Positions 33,800 to 41,083 of a DNA stretch of 43,821 nucleotides are shown in pieces. This DNA is from Candidatus Micrarchaeaceae archaeon (lineage in GTDB: Archaea > Micrarchaeota > Micrarchaeia > Micrarchaeales > CABMGC01). The stretch's first letter is position 1. The number at the start of each line of letters is the position of its first letter. The position numbers and the translations under genes are program-made. The stretch spans positions 1-43,821 of the forward strand of contig JAVZDR010000002.1 of assembly GCA_038873795.1 (NCBI GenBank), read 5' to 3'. The notes beneath the pieces are model-generated. The model saw only the letters and a list, made by a program, of their open reading frames with translations, did not search any database and was not told where the DNA came from.

Positions 33800-35215
33800 T
33801 CAGCATCTCATGTTTTCTGGGACCAAAATCTCAAAATACTTGCTCTCGAAAACAGGCCTGGATTCATTGATATAGCCGCTTATCTTCGGTTTTACATTGA
33901 CGTTTTTGAACGAGACCACTATATATCGCGATTCATCAATGCCGTAATACTGCGGCATATAGGCATTGATGCCGATATACTTCATAGGCACCCAGGCATT
34001 TGATACAATGCTGCAGTTACCGTAGCCAAGCGCGTAGAGTTCGCCCTTAGCATTGTTTAATACAGAAGCCGCATCATTTGGGTTATACAATGGGTAATTA
34101 TAATATTTCATAGAAGAGTGGAATGCAAACGCATAGTATGCCAGCACGGCGAGGCAGATTGCTGCTACCACAAACTGGAGAGCGCCAAGATCCAGCCCAT
34201 AAACGCGCCTGTGTACCTTACCAATCCTGCTGAGCATGTACGCAGCCGCCAGCGACACCCCAAAATAACTGAGGTAGCCGAAACGCGATTGCGAGAAAAC
34301 ATCATAATGCCAGCCGACGAGCATGAATTCGACTATTGAAATCACTAAAAAGCCAATGACAATCTCTCCGGCCATGCTCTTCGGAATGAATATTTTTTCC
34401 CGCATTCTTGGCTTTAGCCTGAATCTCAGCATGTAAAATAGCAAAATTGCAATGGTGCAGAGCAGTGCAGGATACCAGAAGAGACTAAGCATTGTCCCAG
34501 GATACAAGGGCTCAAAAGGGGTAACGAGTGCAACGTTGAAGGCATCTATATAGCTTGCCAGCGGATTCCCAAAAACCGCATAGTTGAAAAGCAGCCAAGG
34601 GAGTACGACCAATGCCTCGAGCAAGAATGCATAAGTTATCTTCTTCGGCTTCCGAAGGAGGAAGAGCAAAGGAAAGAATATCATAGTTGGGTATTTGGCG
34701 AGCGCCGCAAGACCGAAAAGGATTCCAGAGAAGCTGCTCCTCTTGGAAATGAGACCGAGCCCGAAAAGGAGAAACGCAGCCGAGAGCGCCTCTGTGCCAT
34801 TGACTATGAAGCCGAAATAGAGCAGGTATGGGCTGAGGAAAGCAGCGTAAGTCACAAGCCTGTTCATTCCCAGCGCATCGGCCAGGTACGTGGAAGCCCA
34901 GGCGAGCAGCAGGTAAACGAGCACCACATAGCAGAGGAGCGCATATTCTGGGCTCAGCGGCGTGAATGGAAGCATTAGGACTGAGCTCAGCGGCGCCCTG
35001 AAATCCTCAAAATATAGACCCGCAGCTTCTATAGTACCAAAGTTGTTAATTGCTAGAGCGGCATTGCCGTATACGCCGGGGTTGGTCATGCTTTTTGCAT
35101 TGAGATAATGCACTATAAGGTCCCATTCCGGACCGTTGAGATAATAGATATAAACAAGTATCAGAAGCCCTAGGAGCAGAATGGCTGAAGCAACACAAGC
35201 ATTTCTTGCAACCAG
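33800..35215 (-). CDS. GT-C fold membrane glycosyltransferase (ArnT/PMT-like), start uncertain
   Basis: Multi-pass membrane protein with LISKRSSFSGILFGLAALAKYPTMIFFPLLFLL-type segments. The track start is GTG 35113. The frame stays open to 35215 and encodes an extra TM helix (ASAILLLGLLILVYIYYL), beginning with CTG after GTGA plus 4 nt. Confidence 0.65.
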   Translation of the reverse strand: MVARNACVASAILLLGLLILVYIYYLNGPEWDLIVHYLNAKSMTNPGVYGNAALAINNFGTIEAAGLYFEDFRAPLSSVLMLPFTPLSPEYALLCYVVLVYLLLAWASTYLADALGMNRLVTYAAFLSPYLLYFGFIVNGTEALSAAFLLFGLGLISKRSSFSGILFGLAALAKYPTMIFFPLLFLLRKPKKITYAFLLEALVVLPWLLFNYAVFGNPLASYIDAFNVALVTPFEPLYPGTMLSLFWYPALLCTIAILLFYMLRFRLKPRMREKIFIPKSMAGEIVIGFLVISIVEFMLVGWHYDVFSQSRFGYLSYFGVSLAAAYMLSRIGKVHRRVYGLDLGALQFVVAAICLAVLAYYAFAFHSSMKYYNYPLYNPNDAASVLNNAKGELYALGYGNCSIVSNAWVPMKYIGINAYMPQYYGIDESRYIVVSFKNVNVKPKISGYINESRPVFESKYFEILVPENMRC

Positions 35216-35330
35216 TCAATCACGGTGATATGAATATAGCAGATGCCTATAAAAACTTATTATTATTTAATTTTAGCGGTTTTATATTACTACATTCGGT
35301 GAGATCCTGGGATTTGAGAAGGCTAGAAGG

Positions 35331-36827
35331 ATGTCTGTTGTTGCGTTTATAATGTTTGCAGCGCTAATCAGCATTACATTCTCTGTTTATCTGCTAAGCA
35401 CGGCAAAGAGCGCAAGCACGCTGATAATAGCCTCAATATTCCTTGTAACAACACTCATAGCCGCAGCATACAACGGAATAACCGCATTTTGGTATTATAA
35501 CTCACGCGCCTTCAAATATTACAAGGATAAGCATAAGGCATGGCGGCTTGGCTATTTCCCAAGGGTGGCTCTCGTAGTGCCGACTTACAAAGAGGACGTG
35601 AAACTTGTTGAAAATACGCTGAATAGGCTCAGCCACATGGACTACCCCAAGGAAAAAATGCAGATATACCTCCTTGACGATTCTACAGACAGCGCAACAG
35701 TCAGGGAGCTTAGAAAATTCTCATTGGGAAACGGCATAAAGTATATGCATAGGCGCGTCAGAAATGGCTTCAAGGCGGGTGCGCTGAACAACTTCTTGAA
35801 GCACTCAAATGAAGAATTCATAGCCATATTTGATGCTGACGAATACCTTGTCAATCCACGCTTCCTCAAAGACTTGCTCCCATATTTCCGCGACCCCAAT
35901 GTGGGCTTTGTCCAGACAAAAAAACGCTACGCCACAGGCAGTTTCTTCGCAAACTCGATAAACCTCCTCAACGGCTTTTTTTTCAATTTCATACAGCCAG
36001 CGAGGTCCGTGAGCGGTACTCTGACATACGCAGGCTCGTGCGCACTGATAAGGCGCAGCGCTATAACAAGCGTGGGTGGCTTTCCTGAGGTCGTGCTTGA
36101 GGACACATTCTTTTCATTCGAGACAAAGCTCAAGGGCATAGAGGGCGTATACGTGCCTAAGATTTATGCGCTTGGCAGGCCCATGAACAAATTTACATCG
36201 TTCGCAAAGCAGCAATGGCGCTACAACTATGGTGGCACCGAATTCATGGCTTACTGTGCAAGGAAGACCAACTTCAGAAACATAAGGGCTCGGGATCTCA
36301 TAGACTACATCGCCCACGGCTTCGGGCTCAATTATCTCTCAGTGATAATGCTTGCATTTACAATATTGACCATAGCCGTTGTCTTCTCTGGATTGCCGAT
36401 AGGCTCGTTGAGCATAAGCAGCCTCATGCATCCCATCCAGTCGCAGATAGCTCTCAGCGCATTCTTTGCTATACTCACGTTCACGTCATTAATCGGGCCC
36501 CTGCTTATACTTAGGGAGTATTTCAATTCATTCAGATATGGAGTGATGGTAATGCTCCTGAATTTTGCCGTAGCTTTCACCAGAGCCAAGGCTGCCTTCT
36601 CCGCAATCCTCCATTTTGCCCCATCATGGTCAAAATCCAATACAAACATAAAGGGCAATTTCAGGAGTGCGCTTAAGAATTCGTACGCTGAATTCTCATT
36701 CGCATTGTTCCTTGCAGTGCTCTCTCTCGTTGCCGTCGCTGGCAACAACATTGCTGGAGGCTTCTGGCTGATGTGGTATGCAATACTCTATGGCAGCACA
36801 ACGGTAATGCTGTACAAGTACGGCTAG
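35331..36827 (+). CDS. processive family-2 glycosyltransferase (cellulose/chitin/hyaluronan synthase-like)
   Basis: N-terminal TM helices, then LLDDSTD, IFDADE, VLEDTFFS (the TED motif) and QQWRY (a QxxRW variant), followed by a C-terminal multi-TM domain. Confidence 0.85.
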   Translation: MSVVAFIMFAALISITFSVYLLSTAKSASTLIIASIFLVTTLIAAAYNGITAFWYYNSRAFKYYKDKHKAWRLGYFPRVALVVPTYKEDVKLVENTLNRLSHMDYPKEKMQIYLLDDSTDSATVRELRKFSLGNGIKYMHRRVRNGFKAGALNNFLKHSNEEFIAIFDADEYLVNPRFLKDLLPYFRDPNVGFVQTKKRYATGSFFANSINLLNGFFFNFIQPARSVSGTLTYAGSCALIRRSAITSVGGFPEVVLEDTFFSFETKLKGIEGVYVPKIYALGRPMNKFTSFAKQQWRYNYGGTEFMAYCARKTNFRNIRARDLIDYIAHGFGLNYLSVIMLAFTILTIAVVFSGLPIGSLSISSLMHPIQSQIALSAFFAILTFTSLIGPLLILREYFNSFRYGVMVMLLNFAVAFTRAKAAFSAILHFAPSWSKSNTNIKGNFRSALKNSYAEFSFALFLAVLSLVAVAGNNIAGGFWLMWYAILYGSTTVMLYKYG

Positions 36828-36830
36828 TCT

Positions 36831-37142
36831 ATGCTATACATAAAGAAATATGAGACTGAAAATGGGAGCATCATAGCTCTCTGTGACGAAGAGCTTCTCG
36901 GCAAGATATTCTCAAACGGCCTTTCAAAACTCGATCTCGACAAATATGCCGAATTCTATAAGGGTGAACTTGTAAATGAGGAGAAGGCAAAGGATATGAT
37001 AAACTTGGATGAGATTTATTCAGCAAACATAGTTGGAAAGCGTGCGGTCGATATCTTTCTGGAAAAGAAGATAGTGAAGAAGTCGGAAGTAAAAACGATC
37101 AGCGGCGTGCCATTCGCCCAGGTTTACTCTATAAGGTATTAG
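36831..37142 (+). CDS. DUF424-family conserved archaeal protein
   Basis: IIALCDEELLGKIFSNG...YAEFYKGELVNEE...ANIVGKRAVDIFLEKKI...ISGVPFAQVY matches my recollection of the DUF424 (COG2412) pattern. Confidence 0.65.
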   Translation: MLYIKKYETENGSIIALCDEELLGKIFSNGLSKLDLDKYAEFYKGELVNEEKAKDMINLDEIYSANIVGKRAVDIFLEKKIVKKSEVKTISGVPFAQVYSIRY

Positions 37143-37491
37143 CATCCGCATTGCCTTTCTTGAGGCGCATCACCGCTTCAGCTATGTTGCCTCCCGCATC
37201 CACAAGTGCTCGCCTTGCAGCTTCATCGTCACTGATTCCAGCCTGCTCCTCCACAAACTTTATGTCAGCATCGCTTATCTCAGCTTCAATGGGCTTTATC
37301 TTTTCCTCAATCTCGCCGCTGATGTTGAATACCTTGACGCCCTGCGTATCCGTCAAGACAACCTCTGGGTTAGTTATAATTATATCTTTATCGGCGCCTT
37401 CAATGACAACCCTGGTTGCAGCAATCTCCTCGCTCTTTATGCCAAGCTCCTTCATCATGTTTTTGATTTCCCTCAGGTCGAATCCCTTCAT
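37129..37491 (-). CDS. nac: nascent polypeptide-associated complex protein (archaeal NAC)
   Basis: NAC domain (MMKELGIKSEEIAATRVVIEGADKDIIITNPEVV) plus a C-terminal UBA-like domain (DIKFVEEQAGISDDEAARRALVDAGGNIAEAVMRL). The ATG at 37491 follows a perfect GAGGTGA plus 4 nt. Confidence 0.88.
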   Translation of the reverse strand: MKGFDLREIKNMMKELGIKSEEIAATRVVIEGADKDIIITNPEVVLTDTQGVKVFNISGEIEEKIKPIEAEISDADIKFVEEQAGISDDEAARRALVDAGGNIAEAVMRLKKGNADANTL

Positions 37492-37755
37492 CAAATCACC
37501 TCGCAATGAAGCCCATGCGTGAGCATGAAATTGCAACTATAAATATGCTGTTGCAAATAGTGCTGAGCACCCTCTTCGGATGCAGATATAGGGTATGAGG
37601 TTGCAGCGCAAAATCGTTGCTGGGGCTGAAGACCCATCTTCCAGATTTCCAATAGGGAAGGCCTTGTAAAGCCCCTCTGTGCCAGGTGAAGCTGTTTGCG
37701 AAACGTTGCTATGCAACATGCCAACCAATTGATGGAAAGCCACCTCTAATGCCAT

Positions 37756-39342
37756 TTAGTGCCTCTGAAATATCAGGTATAATACAACCACAATTATTAA
37801 AATGCAGAAATATAGGCTTATCATCACAGCAGCTTCCAGCAGCTCTCCATGCGCTATGCCACTTTGTTGTACGGCTTTTCCAGGACTGACTGGCGCTACG
37901 GTTGTTGTGGTTGTATTCACACTTGCAATCGAGCCGTTAATGGCTACATAGTCGTTGGCGTATCCCACAAATCTTACCCTATTCAGTAAAATGTTTGAAA
38001 AATTTGCAACTATTGCAGTTTGGTTTGCAGCGTTTGCCATGAATGTGTCATTGTAAAGGTATACAGAGGAGCCATACGCATAAAGTGCTCTACCGTAGCC
38101 TATGCAATTTTCTATAGTGACGTTCCTTGCATTATTGCCCACTTCAAAGTCGTAGCCTGTGGCATTGATGCTCCCACCCATGCAGTTTACAGTCACATTA
38201 GAGGCATAAACCTTGGCTCCGATATAGCAGGGGGTGTCATTAAACCAGAAGACATTAACGTTCCTGAGCGAATTGTATGCGAATGGGTAGTAACCTCTTT
38301 CAACTATGCCTGGGTTGTTGTCAGCGCAGTAGCTGAGGCCCACAGAATACTCTATTGTCGTGGAATTCTCATGCTCATATGGCGTGTCAAGTAGCAGTAT
38401 GTTCTGGTAAAAACCAGGTTTGACCCTGCCAGCATTGTAGCTTAGAGTGCCGTTGGTGAGGTTGTAGAAGGTTGCAGCAAGCGTATTGTTTGGGTCGCAT
38501 TGCCAGCCATTGAGCAGCCTGAATTTGGAGTACCGTGTATAGTTGTGGAAGATTATGGTAAAGTTTATCGTCATGTTTTTGTTTGCCGGGAAGACCTCAT
38601 AAGGGTAGATCTGTGGCTTGATATATGTTGGGAGGAACGTCGAAGGTGATGTCGCGTTGAAGTATGTGTAGGATACCATGTCGTATCCTAAATAAGGCGA
38701 GTAGAGCAGATACGGGTCGAAGTTTATGATCCTGTTTTTGTAGATCTGCTTAGCCTCAGCCGCAAAGTAGCTCGAGCCGTTGCTGCCTGTGTCAGGATAG
38801 TATATTCCAAACCTTGGCAAGGTATAGTTGGCCAATGCTGCACAGCTCTCCAGGTAGGGCTTTGTCGTTGCCATAGATATTAGGTTGCACGGCATGTCAG
38901 CAAGGGCCTTTGGCATTATCTGTATGAACCTTGCAACAGAAAAGCTCTTATTCGCATATACCAGCAGGTGCATGAAGTTGCCCAGCCCTATATTAGATTC
39001 ATTGTCTGAAAATGCAAGAGTATATGCGCCACTGACGTTTATCAGGTTGTTCTGCGCGTCGCGCATGCTCGATATCACGCCGTTTATGCTGCAGTTGACT
39101 ATGGTATTGTTGTACGTGTCATTGCCGAATATTACCGCAATACCTGAGCTTATGCTGTGGCCGTTGCAGTCAACTAGATTGTTAGTGGCATTGCTTGCAA
39201 ATACAAGCACCGGGCCAATTGACGAGACATTGGAGTTTATTGAAAATGTGGCATTAGAACCGCTAATCGTATACTGCTCCGCGCCTGCTATCCCTAAAAG
39301 TAGCAAAATAAAAAACACCGTGGAATGCATATGCTTGGCCAA
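37756..39342 (-). CDS. secreted, C-terminally anchored surface protein with parallel beta-helix-like repeats
   Basis: Signal-like N-terminus (FFILLLLGIAGA). Repeated NC[SM]I.G / N.T..NC segments, many N-x-S/T sequons, and a C-terminal TM helix (VMISLYFCILIIVVVLYLIF) with a short basic end. TTG start follows AAGGTG plus 5 nt, beginning right after the tRNA-Ala 3' end. Confidence 0.6.
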   Translation of the reverse strand: MAKHMHSTVFFILLLLGIAGAEQYTISGSNATFSINSNVSSIGPVLVFASNATNNLVDCNGHSISSGIAVIFGNDTYNNTIVNCSINGVISSMRDAQNNLINVSGAYTLAFSDNESNIGLGNFMHLLVYANKSFSVARFIQIMPKALADMPCNLISMATTKPYLESCAALANYTLPRFGIYYPDTGSNGSSYFAAEAKQIYKNRIINFDPYLLYSPYLGYDMVSYTYFNATSPSTFLPTYIKPQIYPYEVFPANKNMTINFTIIFHNYTRYSKFRLLNGWQCDPNNTLAATFYNLTNGTLSYNAGRVKPGFYQNILLLDTPYEHENSTTIEYSVGLSYCADNNPGIVERGYYPFAYNSLRNVNVFWFNDTPCYIGAKVYASNVTVNCMGGSINATGYDFEVGNNARNVTIENCIGYGRALYAYGSSVYLYNDTFMANAANQTAIVANFSNILLNRVRFVGYANDYVAINGSIASVNTTTTTVAPVSPGKAVQQSGIAHGELLEAAVMISLYFCILIIVVVLYLIFQRH

Positions 39343-39353
39343 CTAAACACCTT

Positions 39354-39425
39354 TGGACTTGGCGAGATTCGAACTCGCGACCTCCCGCTTGCAAAGCGGA
39401 CGCTCTGCCACTGAGCTACAAGCCC
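39354..39425 (-). tRNA. tRNA-Ala (UGC)
   Basis: The reverse complement folds as GGGCUUG-UA-GCUC-AGUGGCA-GAGC-G-UCCGC-UUUGCAA-GCGGG-AGGUC-GCGAG-UUCGAAU-CUCGC-CAAGUCC-A. The G3:U70 alanine identity pair is present. CCA is not encoded. Confidence 0.9.
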
Positions 39426-39447
39426 TCTATAACCCTTGTGTGCATAT

Positions 39448-39461
39448 CTTTAAATAATTTT
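39448..39461. promoter_or_regulatory. A/T-rich TATA-like box, possibly bidirectional (tRNA-Ala on minus, microprotein gene on plus)
   Basis: ctttaaataatttt lies about 27 nt upstream of the tRNA-Ala 5' end (39425). It is also about 45-55 nt upstream of the ATG at 39504, which leaves room for a 5' UTR carrying the GGTG SD. Confidence 0.4.
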
Positions 39462-39503
39462 CTGATTAAATAAAATGAGATTTTGAGCCGTATAGGTGTT
39501 AAG

Positions 39504-39626
39504 ATGGTGAGTGTAGCAGAGGACGAAGACGAGGATGAATATGGTGAAGGCCTCGATGAAGAAGACGAAACAGATGAGTTCGGCGACGAAGAGGAGGATG
39601 AAAACGAGGAGGACGATGAAGAATAA
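39504..39626 (+). CDS. hyper-acidic 40-aa microprotein (hypothetical)
   Basis: Not in the ORF track. ATG follows GGTG plus 5 nt (taGGTGttaagATG). Translation: MVSVAEDEDEDEYGEGLDEEDETDEFGDEEEDENEEDDEE. That is 27 of 40 residues D/E and no basic residue. TAA stop is followed by an oligo-T tract. Confidence 0.55.
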   Translation: MVSVAEDEDEDEYGEGLDEEDETDEFGDEEEDENEEDDEE

Positions 39627-39640
39627 GATCCGCGGCTAAA

Positions 39641-39660
39641 TTATTTCTTTCTTTTATTTT
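39641..39660 (+). terminator. oligo-T tract downstream of the microprotein ORF
   Basis: ttatttctttcttttatttt begins 15 nt after the TAA. Archaeal terminators are typically T-runs. Confidence 0.4.
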
Positions 39661-39741
39661 ATACTGGATGCTTTAGTTTTCTGTAACGCTTATGCAGCCT
39701 ATCAATGTCGGTGCCGGAGCATCAGATAATAGTTCTCAACA

Positions 39742-39805
39742 GCGGCTTTTTTGGCCTCTTTCAGCGCCTTTTCCCACTCCTTGGCCTTGCTCAGGTATAA
39801 GCTAG
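39742..39805. repeat. degenerate duplicate of the 3' end of the 39802..41034 gene (copy A)
   Basis: gcggcttttttggcctctttcagcgccttttcccactccttggccttgctcaggtataagctag aligns to 39824..39890. On the minus strand it encodes YLSKAKEWEKALKEAKKAAV..., compared with YLLKSKEWEKMLKKAKKLTA... in the intact gene. Confidence 0.7.
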
Positions 39806-41034
39806 AGTTTGCGTCTCTCAATTGCGGTTAACTTTTTGGCTTTTTTCAGCATCTTTTCCCACTCCTTGCTCTTGAGCAGGTATGTGCTAGGGTTTATATT
39901 ATTTGCTGCATTTTCGTATTCTTTAACTAGGTCCTTCAGGAGAAGGTTGCTTTGTGCCACAAAATCAACGTTACTAATCTGCCCAGCTTTGTATGAATTA
40001 TTCAAATTGCTCAGTTTAGTAAGTATATTTGCGCCTACGTTTCCACCAGCCGCCTTATTTATATCGCTGAGCTTTGCCCTTATATCTTGTATAGCTGCAG
40101 ATTGTGCGTCTTCTAAACTTAGACCGCGCTTTCTTGCTTTTGAAGAAAGTAGCCATGCCACCTTAGCCTTTTCCATAGCAAGCCGTGCCTGAGGACTTGC
40201 CTGAGGGTAGGCATCCGCACCCTTCTGAAGTATCCTCATTGTTGCCTTTGCTGTTCCAAATCCTGCGCCTGCACCTGTAATGGATCTTACTGCATTATTC
40301 AATAGTCGCATATTCTCAATATTTGTCTTTGCCTGCTCATATGCAGGTGCCATATTCTTAAGATTCTTTTCTAGAGCATTCTTCCTTTCTATTACTCTCA
40401 TTAATTCCTTTTTCTCTGCTTTTAATTCTTTTTTCTCTTTAGTACTCTGCCACATAGTGTTTTTTTTCATTGCTATCTCTTGTTTGATCATGTTAATGTT
40501 TGCCTCATCGCGCACCACAGCCTGCCTTTGCTCTTTATAACGCCTTACCAACTCTGCATTTGAAGCCCACCTCCTCCTCCCGACCACCATGTTAATCATG
40601 CCCTGTGTAAGTTCCTTCGGTGGAGGTCCTGGCCGCGGACTTGAAGATCCTGGGGGTGCCGGCGGTGGTAGTTTAACCTGAAGTGGACTCATCGACTTTG
40701 CGTCAGCTATTTCAGCATTTGTTTCCTCTTTATTTTGCTTCCAGGTTTGCAAAGCGGAACGTGCTTTCTCTTTTGCCTTCTTTCCGGCTTTCTTCCCTAC
40801 ATCTTTCGCTTTAGCCATAGTCGTCTTACGGCCTATCTTGTAGACGTTCTTGCCTGCGAGCGTGCCCTTGCCATGAGTGCCTATCCCAAAGAGCACAGAA
40901 ATGCCGAAAAAGTCGAAGATGCTCATTCCGCGCATTGAGGCGCCTGCAGCGCCTATGAGAATTATTATTATGATTATGGGTATGAGCATGTTTATTGCTC
41001 CAACAGACAGCAACGCCAAGCCTAATCCCAGCAT
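39802..41034 (-). CDS. hypothetical membrane protein: two N-terminal TM helices, Lys-rich and Pro-rich linkers, long coiled-coil region
   Basis: The order is LIPIIIIIILIGAAGA and IFDFFGISVLFGIG helices, then KAKDVGKKAGKKAKEKA, then PPPAPPGSSSPRPGPPPKE, then heptad-like K/E-rich segments. It has its own TATA-like box at 41050-41065. Confidence 0.55.
   Translation of the reverse strand: MLGLGLALLSVGAINMLIPIIIIIILIGAAGASMRGMSIFDFFGISVLFGIGTHGKGTLAGKNVYKIGRKTTMAKAKDVGKKAGKKAKEKARSALQTWKQNKEETNAEIADAKSMSPLQVKLPPPAPPGSSSPRPGPPPKELTQGMINMVVGRRRWASNAELVRRYKEQRQAVVRDEANINMIKQEIAMKKNTMWQSTKEKKELKAEKKELMRVIERKNALEKNLKNMAPAYEQAKTNIENMRLLNNAVRSITGAGAGFGTAKATMRILQKGADAYPQASPQARLAMEKAKVAWLLSSKARKRGLSLEDAQSAAIQDIRAKLSDINKAAGGNVGANILTKLSNLNNSYKAGQISNVDFVAQSNLLLKDLVKEYENAANNINPSTYLLKSKEWEKMLKKAKKLTAIERRKL
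39824..39890. repeat. copy B of the direct repeat (the genuine 3' end of the 39802..41034 gene)
   Basis: See copy A. It shares the core cttttcccactcctt and the flanking similarity. Confidence 0.7.
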
Positions 41035-41083
41035 AGCTATCAGTTATAATTAAGCATTTCCTAATATAAAAAGCTATCTAAAA

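Noticed and set aside
37537-37755. A 72-aa minus-strand ORF fills the gap between the surface protein stop and nac, with a TAA-ATG junction. The same gap contains several short hairpins (TTGCAAC/GTTGCAA, GTTGC/GCAAC). I considered a coupled small gene or an ncRNA.
   Set aside because: There is no SD, no recognisable family and an unremarkable composition. The region must also hold the nac promoter (TATA-like gcatatttatag) and 5' UTR. The hairpins do not assemble into any RNA family I recognise. I cannot support either call.
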